Assembly (NCBI RefSeq): GCF_963921235.1
Contig: NC_086108.1
Coordinates: 86,182,001 to 86,246,000, forward strand
Source of the DNA: Mobula hypostoma
Lineage: Eukaryota
Reading direction: 5' to 3'
DNA length: 64,000 nt
The first letter of the stretch is position 1, and every line of letters starts with the position of its first letter. The notes below the pieces were generated by a model. The model had not been told where the DNA came from. It made no database searches and was given only the letters and a program-made list of their open reading frames with translations. Positions 1-12,944 of this stretch are shown here, one piece after another. The position numbers were made by a program, and so were the translations under genes.

Positions 1-1562
1 TTCAGCTGAATGAGTCATGCCTCTTTGTTCATGGATTCATTGCTGAGTCCATTGGCGTGCAGGAGATCAGATGGCTTGTGAATTGTAAATGGTAATGCAC
101 GGACCAAGAACTCGGGAAAATGAGCTGGTTGCCAAGCAGAGTCAAAAGGGTAGGTGTTTCAGGCACTATTGACTGGATGGGCATCATAAATTTCATCCCA
201 TTATTTGGAAGAAATGATCAACCACAGGTACAAAGGGAACCTTAAGTGTGATACTCTAAAACAATTGAACAAATGGGAGTTACACATTACGTGATGTAGT
301 TTGTGATTTCTCACCCACAGTCATGCAGTTCTTCACTGTTGAATGCCAATTTGTGAGATTGTGTAGAACTATGTGCTTACAACCAATGGTATAAAATTAT
401 TATAAATCATTAACACACATTTCAAGAGCGAACGATTTAGTCAATTTTTTGAGTATTAAACATAATTAAACAATTAATCTTGGCTCCATGCAAATGGACT
501 GTATGACAAATTGGAAGCTTTAATCTTAATTTTAATCATCAGTAAGTCTACGTGTTTCAGTATATGAGCATAGGAAAGTGGAAGCTGCATAAATTTTAGT
601 TACTGCTTGTGTTCAGCCTGTATGCATAAGGTACTCGAAGTTAGATCAAAGGCTTACAACCACAATTAAATAGAGAGGAGATTTTCCCTTTGTAAATGCA
701 TTTAATTTCAGTCCAGCTAAACCACACATTTAGGTTATTGTAATAGCATACCATTTGCTATAGTGGTAGTGGGCTTCAGAAAGTTGCTGCATTCCTCATA
801 ATTCATCATATCTGCATTGCAGTTTACAGCCTGATACATTTGGTTTCAATGTATTCAACCATCATTTTGTAATGCCTAGAAAATTATAAAAAGGCTCCAA
901 TCAATACCAGAAAGATAAATGCAACCCCTCAAGTCTGACCATTTAACAAGTCAGTTTGGTTCAGTGGGTATGAGGAATGGTCTTTAGCATTAAGTTTGAT
1001 GTAAATATCTGAGTAAGTTCCTATTAATATATAAAAAAATTTAGATGCACTCCAAGTGCATTATTGTCATACTTCTGTAGAGGCATAATGCATATTGCAA
1101 AAAACATTGCCCAAACTATACATATTGAGTTAGGATGCAGTTCTAAGCATCCTTTTATTGATTTGGCTACTCTTCTGAGTGATTCTCATAGGAAGAGCAC
1201 CTTGATCATATTTGTAAGGATTAAAAATTGTGTAGGAGACATGTATCTGTCTGTCTGTATTGTAGTTTGTGTTAGGTGTTTATCATGTTTATTATGGGTA
1301 ATTAGTCATGTTGGTTGGGGCATGGTAGTAGATATGAGTTTAGTTATCTATTCACGCTTTGTCTTTAGTTTAGTTTAGTTTGGGTAGAGGTAGGGAGTGG
1401 GCCAGGGGTGATACAGAAACATAGAAACATAGAAAAACTACAACACAATACAGGCCCTTCGGCCCGTAAAGTTGTGCTGAACATGTCCCGACCTTAAAAA
1501 TTACTAGGCTTACACATAGCCTTCTATTTTTACTAAGCTCTATGTACCTATCCAAAAGTTCC

Positions 1563-4300
1563 TTAAAAGACACTATCGTATCTGCCTCCACCACGTTTTC
1601 CGGCAGCCCATTCCACGCACTCATCACCCTCCGCGTAAAAAACATACCCCAATATCTCCTCTGTACCTACTCTCCAGCACCTTAAACCTATGTCCTCTTG
1701 TGGCAACCATTTCAGCCCTGGGGAAAAAAAATTCTGACTATCTACACGATCAATGCCTCTCATCATCTTATACATCTCTATCAGGTCACCTCTCATCCTC
1801 CGTCACTCCAAAGAGAAAAGGCAGAGTTCACTCAACCTGTTTTCATAAGGCCTGCTCCCCAATTCAGGCAACATCTTTGTAAATCTCCTCTGCACCCTTT
1901 CTATGGCTTCCACATCCTTTCTGTAGTGAGGCGACCAGAACTGAGCACAGTACTCCAAGTGGGGTCTGACCAGGGTCCTATATAGCTGCAACATTACCTC
2001 TTGGCTCCTAAATTCAATTCCATGATTAATGAAGGCCAATGCACCGTACGCCTTCTTAACCACAGAGTCAAGCTGCACAGCTGCTTTGAGCGTCCTATGG
2101 ACTCGGACCCCAAGATCCCTCTGATACTCCACATTGCCAAGAGTCTTACCATTGCCATCATATTTGACCTACCAAAATGAACCACTTCACATTTATCTGG
2201 GTTGAACTCCATCTGCCACTTCTCAGCCCAGTTTTGCATACTATCAATGTCCCGTTGTAAACTCTGACAGCCCTCCACACCATTCATAACACATCCAACC
2301 TTTGTGTCATCAGCAAACTTACTAACCCATCCCTCCACTTCCTCATCCAGGTCATTTATAAAAATCACAAAGAGTGAGGGTCCCAGAACAGATCCCTGAG
2401 GCACACCACTGGTCACCGACCTCCATGCAGAATATGACCCGTCTACAACCACTCTTTGCCTTTTGTGATCAAGCCAGTTCTGGATCCACAAAGCAATGTC
2501 CCCTTGGATCCCATGCCTCCTTACTTTCTCAATAGGCCTTGCATGGGGTACCTTATCAAATGCCTTGCTGAAATCCATATACACTACATCTACTGCTCTA
2601 CCTTCATCAATGTGTTTAGTCACATCCTCAAACAATTCAATCAGGCTCGTAAGGCACAACCTGCCCTTGACAAAGCCATGCTGACTATTCGTTAAATATT
2701 ATTATACCTCTCAAAATGTTCTTAAATCCTGCCTCTCAGGATCTTCTCCATCAACTTACCAACCACTGAAGTAAGACTCACTGGCCTATAATTTCCTGGG
2801 ATATCTCTACTCCCTTTCTTGAATAAAGGAACAACATCTGCAACCCTCCAATCCTCCGGAACCTCTCCCCTCCCCAAAGATCATCACCAGAGGCTCAGCA
2901 ATCTCTTCCCTCACCTCCCACAGTAGCCTGGGGTACATCTCATCCAGTCCCAGCAACTTATCCAACTTGATGCTTTCCAAAAGCTCGAGCACATCCTCTT
3001 TCTTAATATCTACATGCTCAAACTTTTCAGTCTGCTGCAAGTCAGCACTGCAATCACCAAAATCCTTTTCCACAGTGAATACTGAAGTAAAGTATTCATT
3101 AAGTACCTCTGCTATTTCTTCCAGTTCCATACACACTTTCTCACTGTCACACTTGATAGGTCCAATTCTTTCACATCTTATCCTCTTACTCTTCCCATAC
3201 TTGTAGAATGCTTTGGGGTTTTCCTTAATCCTGCCTGCCAAGGCCTTCACATGTCCCTTCTGGCTCTCCTAATTTCCTTCTAAAGCTCCTTCCTGTTAGC
3301 TTTATAATCATTTAGATCTCTAACATTACCTAGCTCTCTGAACTTTTGTAAGCTTTTCTTTTCTTCTTGACTAGATTTTTCACAGCCTTTGTACACCACG
3401 GTTCCTGTACCCTACCATAACTTCCCTGTCTCATTGAAACGTACCTATGCAGAACTCCACACAAATATCCCCTGAACATTTGCCACATTTCTTCCATACT
3501 TTTCCCTGAGAACATCTGTTCCCAATTTAAGCTTCCAGTCTTCTGCCTGATAGCCTCATATTTCCCCTTACTCCAATTAAACACTTTTCTAACTTGTCTG
3601 TTCCTATCTCTCTCCAATGCTATTGTAAAGGAGATAAAATTATGATCACTATCTCCAAAATGCTCTCCCACTGAGAGATCTGACACCTGACCATGTTCAT
3701 TTCCCAATGCCAAATCAAGTACAGTTTCTCCTCTTGTAGGCTTATCTACATATTGTGTCAAGAAACCTTCCTGAACACACCTAACAAACTCCACCTCATC
3801 TAAACCCCTTGCTCTAGGGAGATACCAATTGATATTTGGGAAATTAAAATCTCCCATAACGACAACTCTGTTATTATTACACCTTTTCATGATCTGTTTC
3901 CCTATCTGCTCCTTGATATCCCTGTTACTATTGGGCAGCCTATAAAGAACACCCAGTAAAGTTATTGACCCCTTCCTGTTCCTGACCTCCACACACAGAG
4001 GTTCCATAGACAATCCCTCCATGATGTCCACCTTTTCTGCAGCCGTGACACTATCTCTGATCAACAGTGCCACGCCCCCACCTCTTTTGCCTCCCTCCCT
4101 GTCCTTTCTGAAACATCTAAAACTCGGCACTTGAATAACCATTCCTATCCCTGAGCCATCCAACTCTCTGTAATTGCCATCACATCATAGCTCCAAGTAC
4201 TGATCCACGCTCTAAGCTCATACACTTTGTTCACAATACTCTTTGCGTTAAAATAGGCACATCTCAAACCATCAGTCTGAGCGCGTCCCTTCTCTATCAC
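1563..4300 (-). pseudogene. CR1 ORF2 (APE endonuclease + reverse transcriptase), disrupted
   Basis: ORF segments 4145-4399, 3330-4163, 2807-3250, 1994-2659, 1803-2132 and 1563-1796 are separated by frameshifts. Confidence 0.9.
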
Positions 4301-4399
4301 CTGCCTATCCTCCCTCACACACTGTCTACAAGCTTTCTCTATTTGCGAGCCCACCGCCTCTTCCCCAGTCTCTTCAGTTCGGTTCTCACCCACCAACAA

Positions 4400-5344
4400 T
4401 TCTAGTTTAAACTCTCCCCAGTAGCCTTAGCAAACCTCTCCACCAGGATATTCGTCCCCTAGGATTCAAGTACAATCTGTCCTTTTTGTACAGGTCACAC
4501 CTGCCCCAAAAGAGGTCCCAATGAACCAGAAATCTGAATCCCTGCCCCCTGCTCCATTCCCTCAGTCACACATTTATCCTCCACCTCATTCTATTCCTGT
4601 ACTCACTGTCGCGTGGCACAGGCAGTAATCCCGAGATTACTACCTTGGCAGTCCTGCTTCTCAACTTCCTTCCTAACTCCCCGTAGTCTGTTTTCAGGAC
4701 CTCTGTTCCCTTTTCCTACCTATGTCATTGGTACCAACATGTACCACAACCTCCGGCTCTTCTCCCTCCCACTGCAGGATATCTTGGACATGATCTGAAA
4801 CATCCCGGACCCTGGCACCTGGGAGGCAAACTACCATCCGAGTTTCTTTCCTGCATCCACAGAATCGCCTGTCTGACCCCCTAACTATAAAGTCCCCTAT
4901 CACTGCTGCCTTCCTCTTCCTTTCCATACCCTTCTGAGCTACAGGGCTGGACTCTGTGCCAGACGCATGGCCACTGTTGCTTCCCCCAGGTAGGCTGTCT
5001 CCCCCCAACAGTACTTAAACAGGAGTACTTATTGTCAAGGGGTACAGCCACAGGGGTACTCTCTTCCCCTTCCTTCTCCTGACTGTGACCAATTTGTCTG
5101 TCTCCTATGGCCCCGGTGTGACCACCTGCCTATAATTCCATTCTATCACCTCCTCACTCTCCCTGACCAGACAAAGATCATCAAGCTGCATCTCCAGTTC
5201 CCTAACGTGGTCCCTTAGGAGCTGCAGCTTGACATACTGGGTGCAGATATGGCTGTCCAGGAGGCTGGGAGACTCCAGGACCTCCCACATCTGACACCGA
5301 GCACAGAAAACTGACCTCACACATACACTACTTCCTTTCTGCAA
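4400..5344 (-). pseudogene. CR1 ORF1: zinc finger/leucine zipper plus SGNH esterase-like domain
   Basis: ORF 5105-5344 has CxxC...HIC and LLRDHVRELEMQLDDL. ORF 4694-5008 has AVIGDFIVRG, CLPGARV and VVVHVGTND. The frame is broken. Confidence 0.8.
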
Positions 5345-6179
5345 TTAACACAGGTAGATCTACCTCGCCTCGTTACCGCTTAAAGCCCGTTGAGCCAAAG
5401 CCCTATCACTCTGCCACCTCTCACTCTGCTGGCCGCTGGATATGGCGGTCTTCTTTTTAAACTTTTCCTGCTTTACTGACTGACATCATGCGCCTGCGCA
5501 GTCTTGCCTCTCTTTTACCCCAAGTAGTAAACCTGCCTTCACTCTGGAATCCTCAGCTGTTCACCTGCAACCTTCTTGCTCCAAATCTTTTTGTTGACCA
5601 TTTGACTATGCTTTAATACTTTTGAATACATTTAAGAATGCTTGGCTTAAGTACGTTTAAATACTCTAAGACTGTTAATTTCATTATTTCACCATTTCTA
5701 GTTTTTATCATTTCAAGATTGTTTGTTTTGCTGGTTTCTTATTAAAGGATCAAATGTACTGTCTTGACTTTACAACTTCGTTGGATAGCGTGTTAACTCT
5801 ATAGAGTGTTAACTCTCCCGTGCTTTGTCTGAGTGGTTTTGGTTTGTTTAAAAGTAACTGCTACAAATAGGACCTTTACTCTTCAAAATTACTTAAAATC
5901 TATGCGATTTTCTAGTTATGTGAGAAGAAACAAGTTAATATTAGCAAAGGCAAAATGATAGGCTGTTATTTATGACTAGATCTCTTCTTGAAACCATCTT
6001 TGAGGTCAGTGTAATTAGGTTTTATATGTCAATAATCAGCTACTATGGAGTACAATGTCTGTTCAAACAGAGCCCCTGCCCTCCAATATAGAAATGAATG
6101 ATATGGTAATTTAGAAATTTGAGGAAAGATGTTTGCAGGGCTGTGTATTTTTTGAGTCTCCCCTCTATTTAAGTTCATA

Positions 6180-6590
6180 CTGAGCATTGTTTTTCTTCTC
6201 AAATAATCAATGACTCTCATCATCCAGGTCATTGCCTCTTCTTGCTACTACCATCAGGCAGAAGGTTTAGAAGCCTTAGGTCTCATACCACCAGGCCCAG
6301 GAACAGTTATACCTTACAACAATCAAGCTCCTTAACTGGTGTGGTTGACTTCAATCACAACTACCCTGAACTGAGTCTACAACCTATAGGCTCACTTTCA
6401 AGGACTCTCTACAACTCATGCTTTCAGTATTATTTTCATTTACACTGTCTTGCTTTGTACAAACAGTGTATATATTTTCATAAATTTGATTGTATTTTCC
6501 TGTAAATGAAAGCAAGAAGGCTAATATCAAGGTAGTATATGGTAAATATACTGTATGTACTTTAATAATAAATTTACTTTGAACTTTGAA
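6180..6590 (+). mobile_element. Rex1/Babar-type LINE 3' fragment
   Basis: LLPSGRRFRSLRSHTTR..NS C-terminal motif, followed by a 3'UTR ending AATAAATTTACTTTGAACTTTGAA. Confidence 0.7.
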
Positions 6591-7274
6591 AGATTATTTG
6601 AAGCAGGATCATTTCAATATTTATGCTTTCATTGAAATGCTATACATGGAGTGCAACTTATTGGGATTGATAATGCAAATTCTAAATTTAGACTGGCTTT
6701 CTGCAGGGTGAAGTCTAGGAATTTTACAAAGGACATAGAAAATTTCCCTCTAGATATTAATATTGAAGAGAAGATAAATTTCCCATTCATAGAGATATAT
6801 TTTTACATTCTTTTGAAGCTGTTCCCAGAGTGAGACTTGAAACCACAATCTTTTGACATAGAGGTGAAAAATCTACCACTGAGCAACAGCTGGTGTCTCT
6901 ACTTTGGTGGTATCTTCTGATGTCCTCACCAAAACAATTCATAGTTATGTACTCCATGGGCGAGGAATTGAAAAAATGCACTATCAAAAGGAGAACTGCC
7001 TAGATCTGGCATAATTAAAATTTACTTTTAAGGAATTCTTTCTCTGAAACTGTAGTTGAGTATGTTCCTTTGTCAGTACTCCCTTCAGTTTAATTGCATA
7101 AAGCCAGCCTGTGACCTCTTGAATTAACTTTTTTAAATTGCTGTCATTACCAAAATGTCAGCTGGAGGAATCAGAAGAGGGCAAGTCAAGAGTTTGAAAG
7201 ACACAGTTTTATTAAAACCATAATGTAAAGAAAATGTGTGTATCAGACTCATAGGAGGAAACACAGAGGGAACG

Positions 7275-7835
7275 TGGAGTCACAGGAGATTGCAAATGCT
7301 CAAACAAAGTATCGGATAAACTCAGCAGGTCAGGCACCATCCCAATGCAGGGAAATGGATGGTTGACATTTCAGATCAAGGCCTCTGAAAGGTGTTGTCT
7401 GAACAGAAAGGTAGAGGGAAGAAGAGCTTGTTAAGTGGGGGCAGGTGGATGGTGGACGGCTGATAGGAAAATGGGAACGGAGAGAGCAGGAATAACACTG
7501 GAATCGGGGGCGGGGGGGATGTTGGTGGAAGGTTACTTTGATGAGCTGGATCTGATGGAACCTAATAGGAGAAGATAGTGAAGTATGGAATAAAGGGAGG
7601 GAAGTGAGGTGGGCAGATAAGAGTAATGTGGGAGGGGAAGCAGAGAGTGAAGTGTGTGGGAGATGGGCAGATGGAGAACGGGGTAGAACTATTACTCCAC
7701 CTCTTCCTGTACCTGACCAGCTCACTTTATCTTTCATTCCAGATGAAGGGACTTGACCTGAAACGTTGACTGTCTAGTTCCCTCCATAGGTGCTGCCTGA
7801 CCTGCTGAGTTCATCCAGTGCTCCAAGCGTTCATA
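7275..7835. mobile_element. Pair of inverted Penelope-like terminal fragments
   Basis: AACTCAGCAGGTCAGGCACC at ~7319 is the near reverse complement of GCTGCCTGACCTGCTGAGTT at ~7792. A degenerate CAGATGA...GAAACGTT hammerhead-like motif lies at ~7740-7770. Confidence 0.6.
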
Positions 7836-8289
7836 GAGAAGACATGTGTTGCTCTGGTGAAAGGATAGATGGTGATTATGTGAAGGGAACTTAGCCTGGT
7901 ATCTGAGTGCAGAAGGATTTGCCCCATCTGATGAATGAGGAATGTGTCCCATGTGAGTTTGTCCTGGAAGACCATCATTTTAAAAGTGTGTGAAATAATG
8001 TACATTATTGTCCGTGATTTAAGGAAGCAATAGTATTATCTTGTGCCAAGGGCTATAGAGAGCTTGAATTCCCTTTTACTGGGCATTCGGGTGTGGGTAT
8101 GGCTCAGTTGGACAGTTCTGTTGTTATCTCCAGTCTGTTTCCTTTTGATATTTGCTATGGTGGTGTCTTGGCAGCTTCTCTCACACCACAAGATATGATC
8201 ACCATACTGGGCTGCACTGTCAGTCAACCATTTTCTCAGAGCATTTGCAACAACATGGAGAATGTCATTTTGAGATAGAGCATCCATTG

Positions 8290-8845
8290 TGTGAGACATC
8301 GGTGAGACCGCCCTTGCGAATTCTGTGCAGTTTTGGTTACCCCATTAATGAGAAGATATCATTAAACTGGAGAGTGCAGAGTGGATTTACAGGGGTACCA
8401 TCAGGACTCAATGGCCCGAGTTATCAGAAGAATTTGGGCATGCTAGAACTTTATTTCTTTAAATATCAGAGGTTGAGTGGTGACCTTACAGAATGGTATT
8501 AAAGACTGAGCACAATAGGTATGGTGAATGCACATTGTTTCTTTTCCAAGGGAAGGAAAACTAAATAGTAAGTGCAAAGGTTTAATCTGAAAGGTGAAAG
8601 ATTTAGAAAGGTGCTGAGTAGCAACTCCTTCACACAGAGGGTGGTGAGAATGTGGAATGAACTGCTAGAGGAAGTGGTGATGCAGGTGCAATAACAACAT
8701 TTAAAGTATATTTGAATAAGTACGTGGATGGAAAAGGTTTAGAGGGATATGGGCCAAAAGCAACTAGCTTAATGGGCACCATGGTTGGCATGGATGAATT
8801 GTGACGAAGGTCCTGCTTCCATGTTGTATTACTCTATGACTATAT
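8290..8845 (+). mobile_element. CR1 3' fragment (old)
   Basis: Degenerate VRPxLE..VQ..FT region, CR1 3'UTR and ACTCTATGACTA tail. Confidence 0.7.
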
Positions 8846-10058
8846 GAATTAATGCAATCAATAAACCAATCGTAATATTCAGGACATGCACATATTAAGG
8901 AATCATTGGCACTGCAAATATGCTTGCCATTTTAAACACAACTGCAATCTTATTCCACCTCTGAACTGCACCACCATCAAAAGGTTAGCTATGCTGAGTG
9001 GGATTAGCATTCCTTTTTAGTAGGGAACATATTTCTCAAACATGAATGTAATTTAAAAGCGTTATTTTGACTGAAATAGTTCTTGTTCTTGTAGATTTAG
9101 AACTAACCTTCCAGTGACATTTACACACTTTTGCTGCGATAATGTAATTTTTAGTTCAGTTTGGTAACATCTGAAGTAAAAAATTATGAAGCCAGCCAGT
9201 CCAGGAGATAATAGTTCTTTTCGATCTCTGCAATCTGAGGATCTGTATGAATTTGATTGAGTAAAAAATGCAAAAAGAAGGATAACATAATTGCACTGGG
9301 AATAATGGAAAGAGTTGCAAAAGAAAGCAATACCAGATGAGTTATTGCTTAACAGTTGCTAAAATCTCATTAAAATACGGGGAATAACTGAGTCAAAGCT
9401 GACTAATCAAGATAAATGGGTGAGTTGACATGTATATTGTGATGGACCGAAACAGAACAGGCATCAGTAAACCTGTTCAGATGATTTGACGGTAATAGTT
9501 AGAGCTAAAAAAAAACTGCACAGTGGAAATCCAAAACAAGAACAGAAAATGCTGGAATTATTCTATGATGCAAACAGCATCCATTTGTACAGAAACATAG
9601 TCAGCATTTCAGATTAAGGACTTCTTGGCAGAAACAGAGAAGTAGGAAGACTATATGATACAGAGAAGTAAAGGCATATTTGTGGAGGGGAAAAGAAAGG
9701 AAGATTAAAGTTCAAAATTCAAAGTTCAAAGTAAATTTATTACTAAAGTATGTATATATCACTGTGTACTATCCTAAGATTCATTGACTTACAGATATTC
9801 ACAGTAGAACAAAGAAATAACATAGAATTGATGGAAAACTACACACAGACAGATATGCAACCAATATGCAAAAGACAATAAATTGTGCAAATACAAAAAG
9901 ACAAACAAAATGATAATCATCATAATAATAGCAATACATAAATTGATAAGTCATAAATAATATTGAGAACATGAGTTGAGTTGTAGACTCCCTGAAAATG
10001 AGCCCTAATGTTGTGGAGTCAGTTCAGTGTTTGGTTGAGAGAAGTTATCCACTCCAGT

Positions 10059-10172
10059 TGTCACAAAAAACTGTGGGTCAATTGTTTAAGAAAAATAATG
10101 AGATGGTTTGAGTCACAAAACTAGATTGAGGTGCTTTTATTTACCTCAAAACAAGACAAAAACTGGGAAAAA

Positions 10173-10217
<45 letters not shown>

Positions 10218-11046
10218 TATCCACCCTCAGACTAAAGACAAAAGAAAACTAACTCCAAAGCCTTGGTAACCTGAGGCTTATAACTGTTAAGCCCCTCCCC
10301 CCTAGACCAGCCAAAGCTAATTAACTCAATTATCCAATTAAAGATGGTATCCTCCACCATCAGCACGCCTGTGCAGGTTGCTGCTGCCTCTATACGAGAT
10401 AGCTCTATGCAGCAGCTCTGGTTCAGACCCAGTCACTATTACTGCTGGGGATGAGTGTTTTACCGAGTGCGCCATGTGCCGTCCGTAGTCAGCGACGGAC
10501 CTTCTTCACATTACCACCCTCCTCTCCTGCAGCGACAATGTTTGGCAGTCTTGACAGGAAGTCCGCTGTGATGTTCTCCTTGCCTGCTTTGTGCCGCATA
10601 CAGAACCTCAAAGGTTGAAGTTCCGGGTACCACCTAGTCACCCTGGCATTCCGGTCCTTCATTGTCTGGATCCAGGTCAGGGCTCTGTGGTCTGTCTGGA
10701 GGTCAAACTCCCTCCCAAGAAGGTAGTACCTGAGGCTGTCCAACGCCCACTTGATTGCCAGACACTCCTTCTCGATTGCGGAGTACCGGGTTTCACGGGG
10801 CATAAGTTTCCTGCTTAGATATAACACAAGACGTTCCTCACCTGGCTCTCCCTGAGCCAGTACTGCCCCGATGCCTACACCTGAGGCATCCACCTGCACC
10901 AGGAAGCGGCGTTCAAAGTCAGGACTCTGCAACACAGGGGAAGAGCATAATTTCTCCTTCAGGCCCTGGAAAGCACTTTCACACTCCTCACTCCACAACC
11001 GAGTGCGCCATGTGCCGTCCATAGTCAGTGACGGGCCTTTGTCACA
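10059..11046 (-). mobile_element. Internally deleted Ty3/Gypsy LTR retrotransposon (Gmr1-like domain order)
   Basis: TG...CA ends with a 5-bp TSD CCAGT (10054-10058 and 11047-11051). The 3' LTR is 10059-10510. A 48-bp stub of the 5' LTR at ~10999-11046 repeats 10463-10510. RNase H (VDASGVGIGAVL, YSAIEKECLA, TDH, ADFLSR) runs directly into the PPT GGAGAGGAGGGTGG. Confidence 0.85.
10176..10209. repeat. (TA)n microsatellite inside LTR
   Basis: Seen directly. Confidence 0.95.
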
Positions 11047-11220
11047 CCAGTAATGCAGCCTGATAATTGAAGGGTAATAATTGTTCCTGAACCTGGTGGT
11101 GTGGGTCCTAAAACTCCTGTACCTCATTCCTGATGGCAGCAGAAAGAGGAGAGCATGGCCTGGCTGGTGGGGGTCCTTGATGATCGATCCTGATTTATTG
11201 CAACAGTGCACCTCGTAGAT

Positions 11221-12510
11221 CAGAATCAGAATTAGAATCAGGTTTATTATCACCGGCATGTGATGTGAAATTTGTTAACTTAGCAGCAGCAGTTCAATGC
11301 AATACATAATATAGAAGAGAAAAAAAAAATAATAATAAATCAGTAAATGAATTACAGTATAGTATATTGAATAGATTTTAAAAAGTGCAAAAAACAGAAG
11401 TACTGTATATTTTAAAAAGTGAAGTAGTGTCCAAGGGTTCAATATCCATTTAGGAATCGGATGACAGAGGGGAAGAAGCTGTTTCTGAATCACCAAGTGT
11501 GTGCCTTCAGGCTTCTGTACCTCCTACCTGATGGTCACAGTGTGAAAAGGGCATGCCCTGGGTGCTGGAGGTCCTTAATAATGGACACTGCCTTTCTGAG
11601 ACACTGCTCCCTGAAGATGTCCTGGGTACTTAGTAGGCGAGTACACAAGTTGGAACTGACTAGTTTTACAACCTTCTGCAGCTCCTTTCAGTCCTGTGCA
11701 GTAGCCACCCCACCCCCCCACCCTCAAAACCAGACAGTGATGCAGCCTGTCAGAACGCTCTGCACGGTACATCCCCATAGAACTTTATGAGTGTATTTGT
11801 TGACATTTCAAATCTCTTCAAACTCTGAATGAAGTACAGCCACTGTCTTGCCTTCTTTATAACTACATCGAGATGTTGTGACCAGGTTAAGTCCTCAGAA
11901 ATCTTAACACCCAGGAACTTGAAACTGCTCCCTCTCTCCACTTCTGATCCCTCTATGAGGATTGGTATGTGTTCCTTTGTCTTACCCTTCCTGAAGTCCA
12001 CAATCAGCTCTTTCATCTTACTGAAGTTGAGTTCCAGTTTGTTGCTGTGGCACCATTCCACCAGTTGGCATATCTCACTCACGTTCGCCCTCTTGTCACC
12101 ACCTGAGATTCTACCAACAATGGTTCTATCGTCAGCAAATTTATAGATGGTATTTGAGCTATGCCTAGCCACACAGTCATTTGTATATAGAGAGTAGAGC
12201 AGTGGGCTAAGCACACACCCCTGAGGTGCACCAGTGTTGATCGTCAGCGAGGAGGATATGTTATCACCAATCTGCACAGATTGTGGTCTTCTGGTTAGGA
12301 AGTCAAAGATCCAATTGCAGAGGGAGGTACAGAGAACCAGGTTCTGCAACTTCTCAATCAGTATTGTGGGAATTATGGTATTTAATGCTGAGCTATAGTC
12401 GATGAACAGCATCCTGACATAGGTGTTTGTGTTGTATAGGTGGTCTAAAGCCGTTTGGAGAACCATTGAGATTGCATCTGCCATTGACCTGTTGTCGCGA
12501 TAGGCAAATT
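11221..12510 (-). mobile_element. Rex1/Babar LINE, 5'-truncated
   Basis: ORF 11750-12616 has [35 protein letters not shown] and FKFLG. The tail is (TTCTGA)n at ~11221-11240. Confidence 0.88.
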
Positions 12511-12944
12511 CCAGGTCTGGTGAGCAGAATTGGGACAGCACTGTGCTCAATGGTAGACAGGGCTTTAACTTATGATGGACTGAGCTGTATTGATTACCTT
12601 TCGTAGGTTTTTCCATTCTTCAGCACTGATATTTCCATACTAGACCGTGATGCAACCAGTCAGTATACTCTCCACTGTGCATCCTTAGAAGTTTTTCAAA
12701 GTTTTAGATGGCATGTCAAATGCCAGACAGGAGATGCACTCCCTTTGTTCACGCGCACATTGGGCAGGAGGCCAAAGACAGAATTCAGAAAGAGAATTAA
12801 AGTGAAAGTTGATTGGAGGTTCATGTTTACCTTTTGGACTGATGAAATGTTTAGCAGAGCACCAATCTAATCATCATTAAAAGATGAACTTTATTTGTCA
12901 CGTGTACATCGAAATATACAGTGATATGTGTTGTTTGGTGTTGA

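Larger units (their letters stand above)
1412..5583 (-). mobile_element. Near full-length CR1 LINE (ORF1 + EN/RT ORF2), frameshifted
   Basis: Minus-strand ORF pieces fall in CR1 order: ORF1, endonuclease (GDFN, SDH), RT ([26 protein letters not shown]), C-terminal VRPHLEYCAQFW. The 3' tail is (TTTCTATG)n, seen as GAAACATA repeats at ~1412-1435. Confidence 0.93.
9705..11220 (-). mobile_element. Rex1/Babar-type 3' fragment split by an LTR element
   Basis: The AAAGTTC tail repeats lie at ~9707-9730. IIKDPHQPGHALLFLLPSGMRYRS coding lies at 11052-11200, on the other side of the insertion. Confidence 0.65.

Noticed and set aside
1064..1378. 104-aa hydrophobic ORF
   Set aside because: Low-complexity TG-rich sequence with a non-ATG start and no homology cues.
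6830..7015. Possible host exon
   Set aside because: The open frames are short with no recognisable product or consistent splice pair.
10489..11259. 256-aa ORF with signal-peptide-like start as a novel fusion gene
   Set aside because: It is chance read-through from a Rex1 tail repeat (LILILI) through a Rex1 C-terminus and an LTR stub into Gypsy RNase H.
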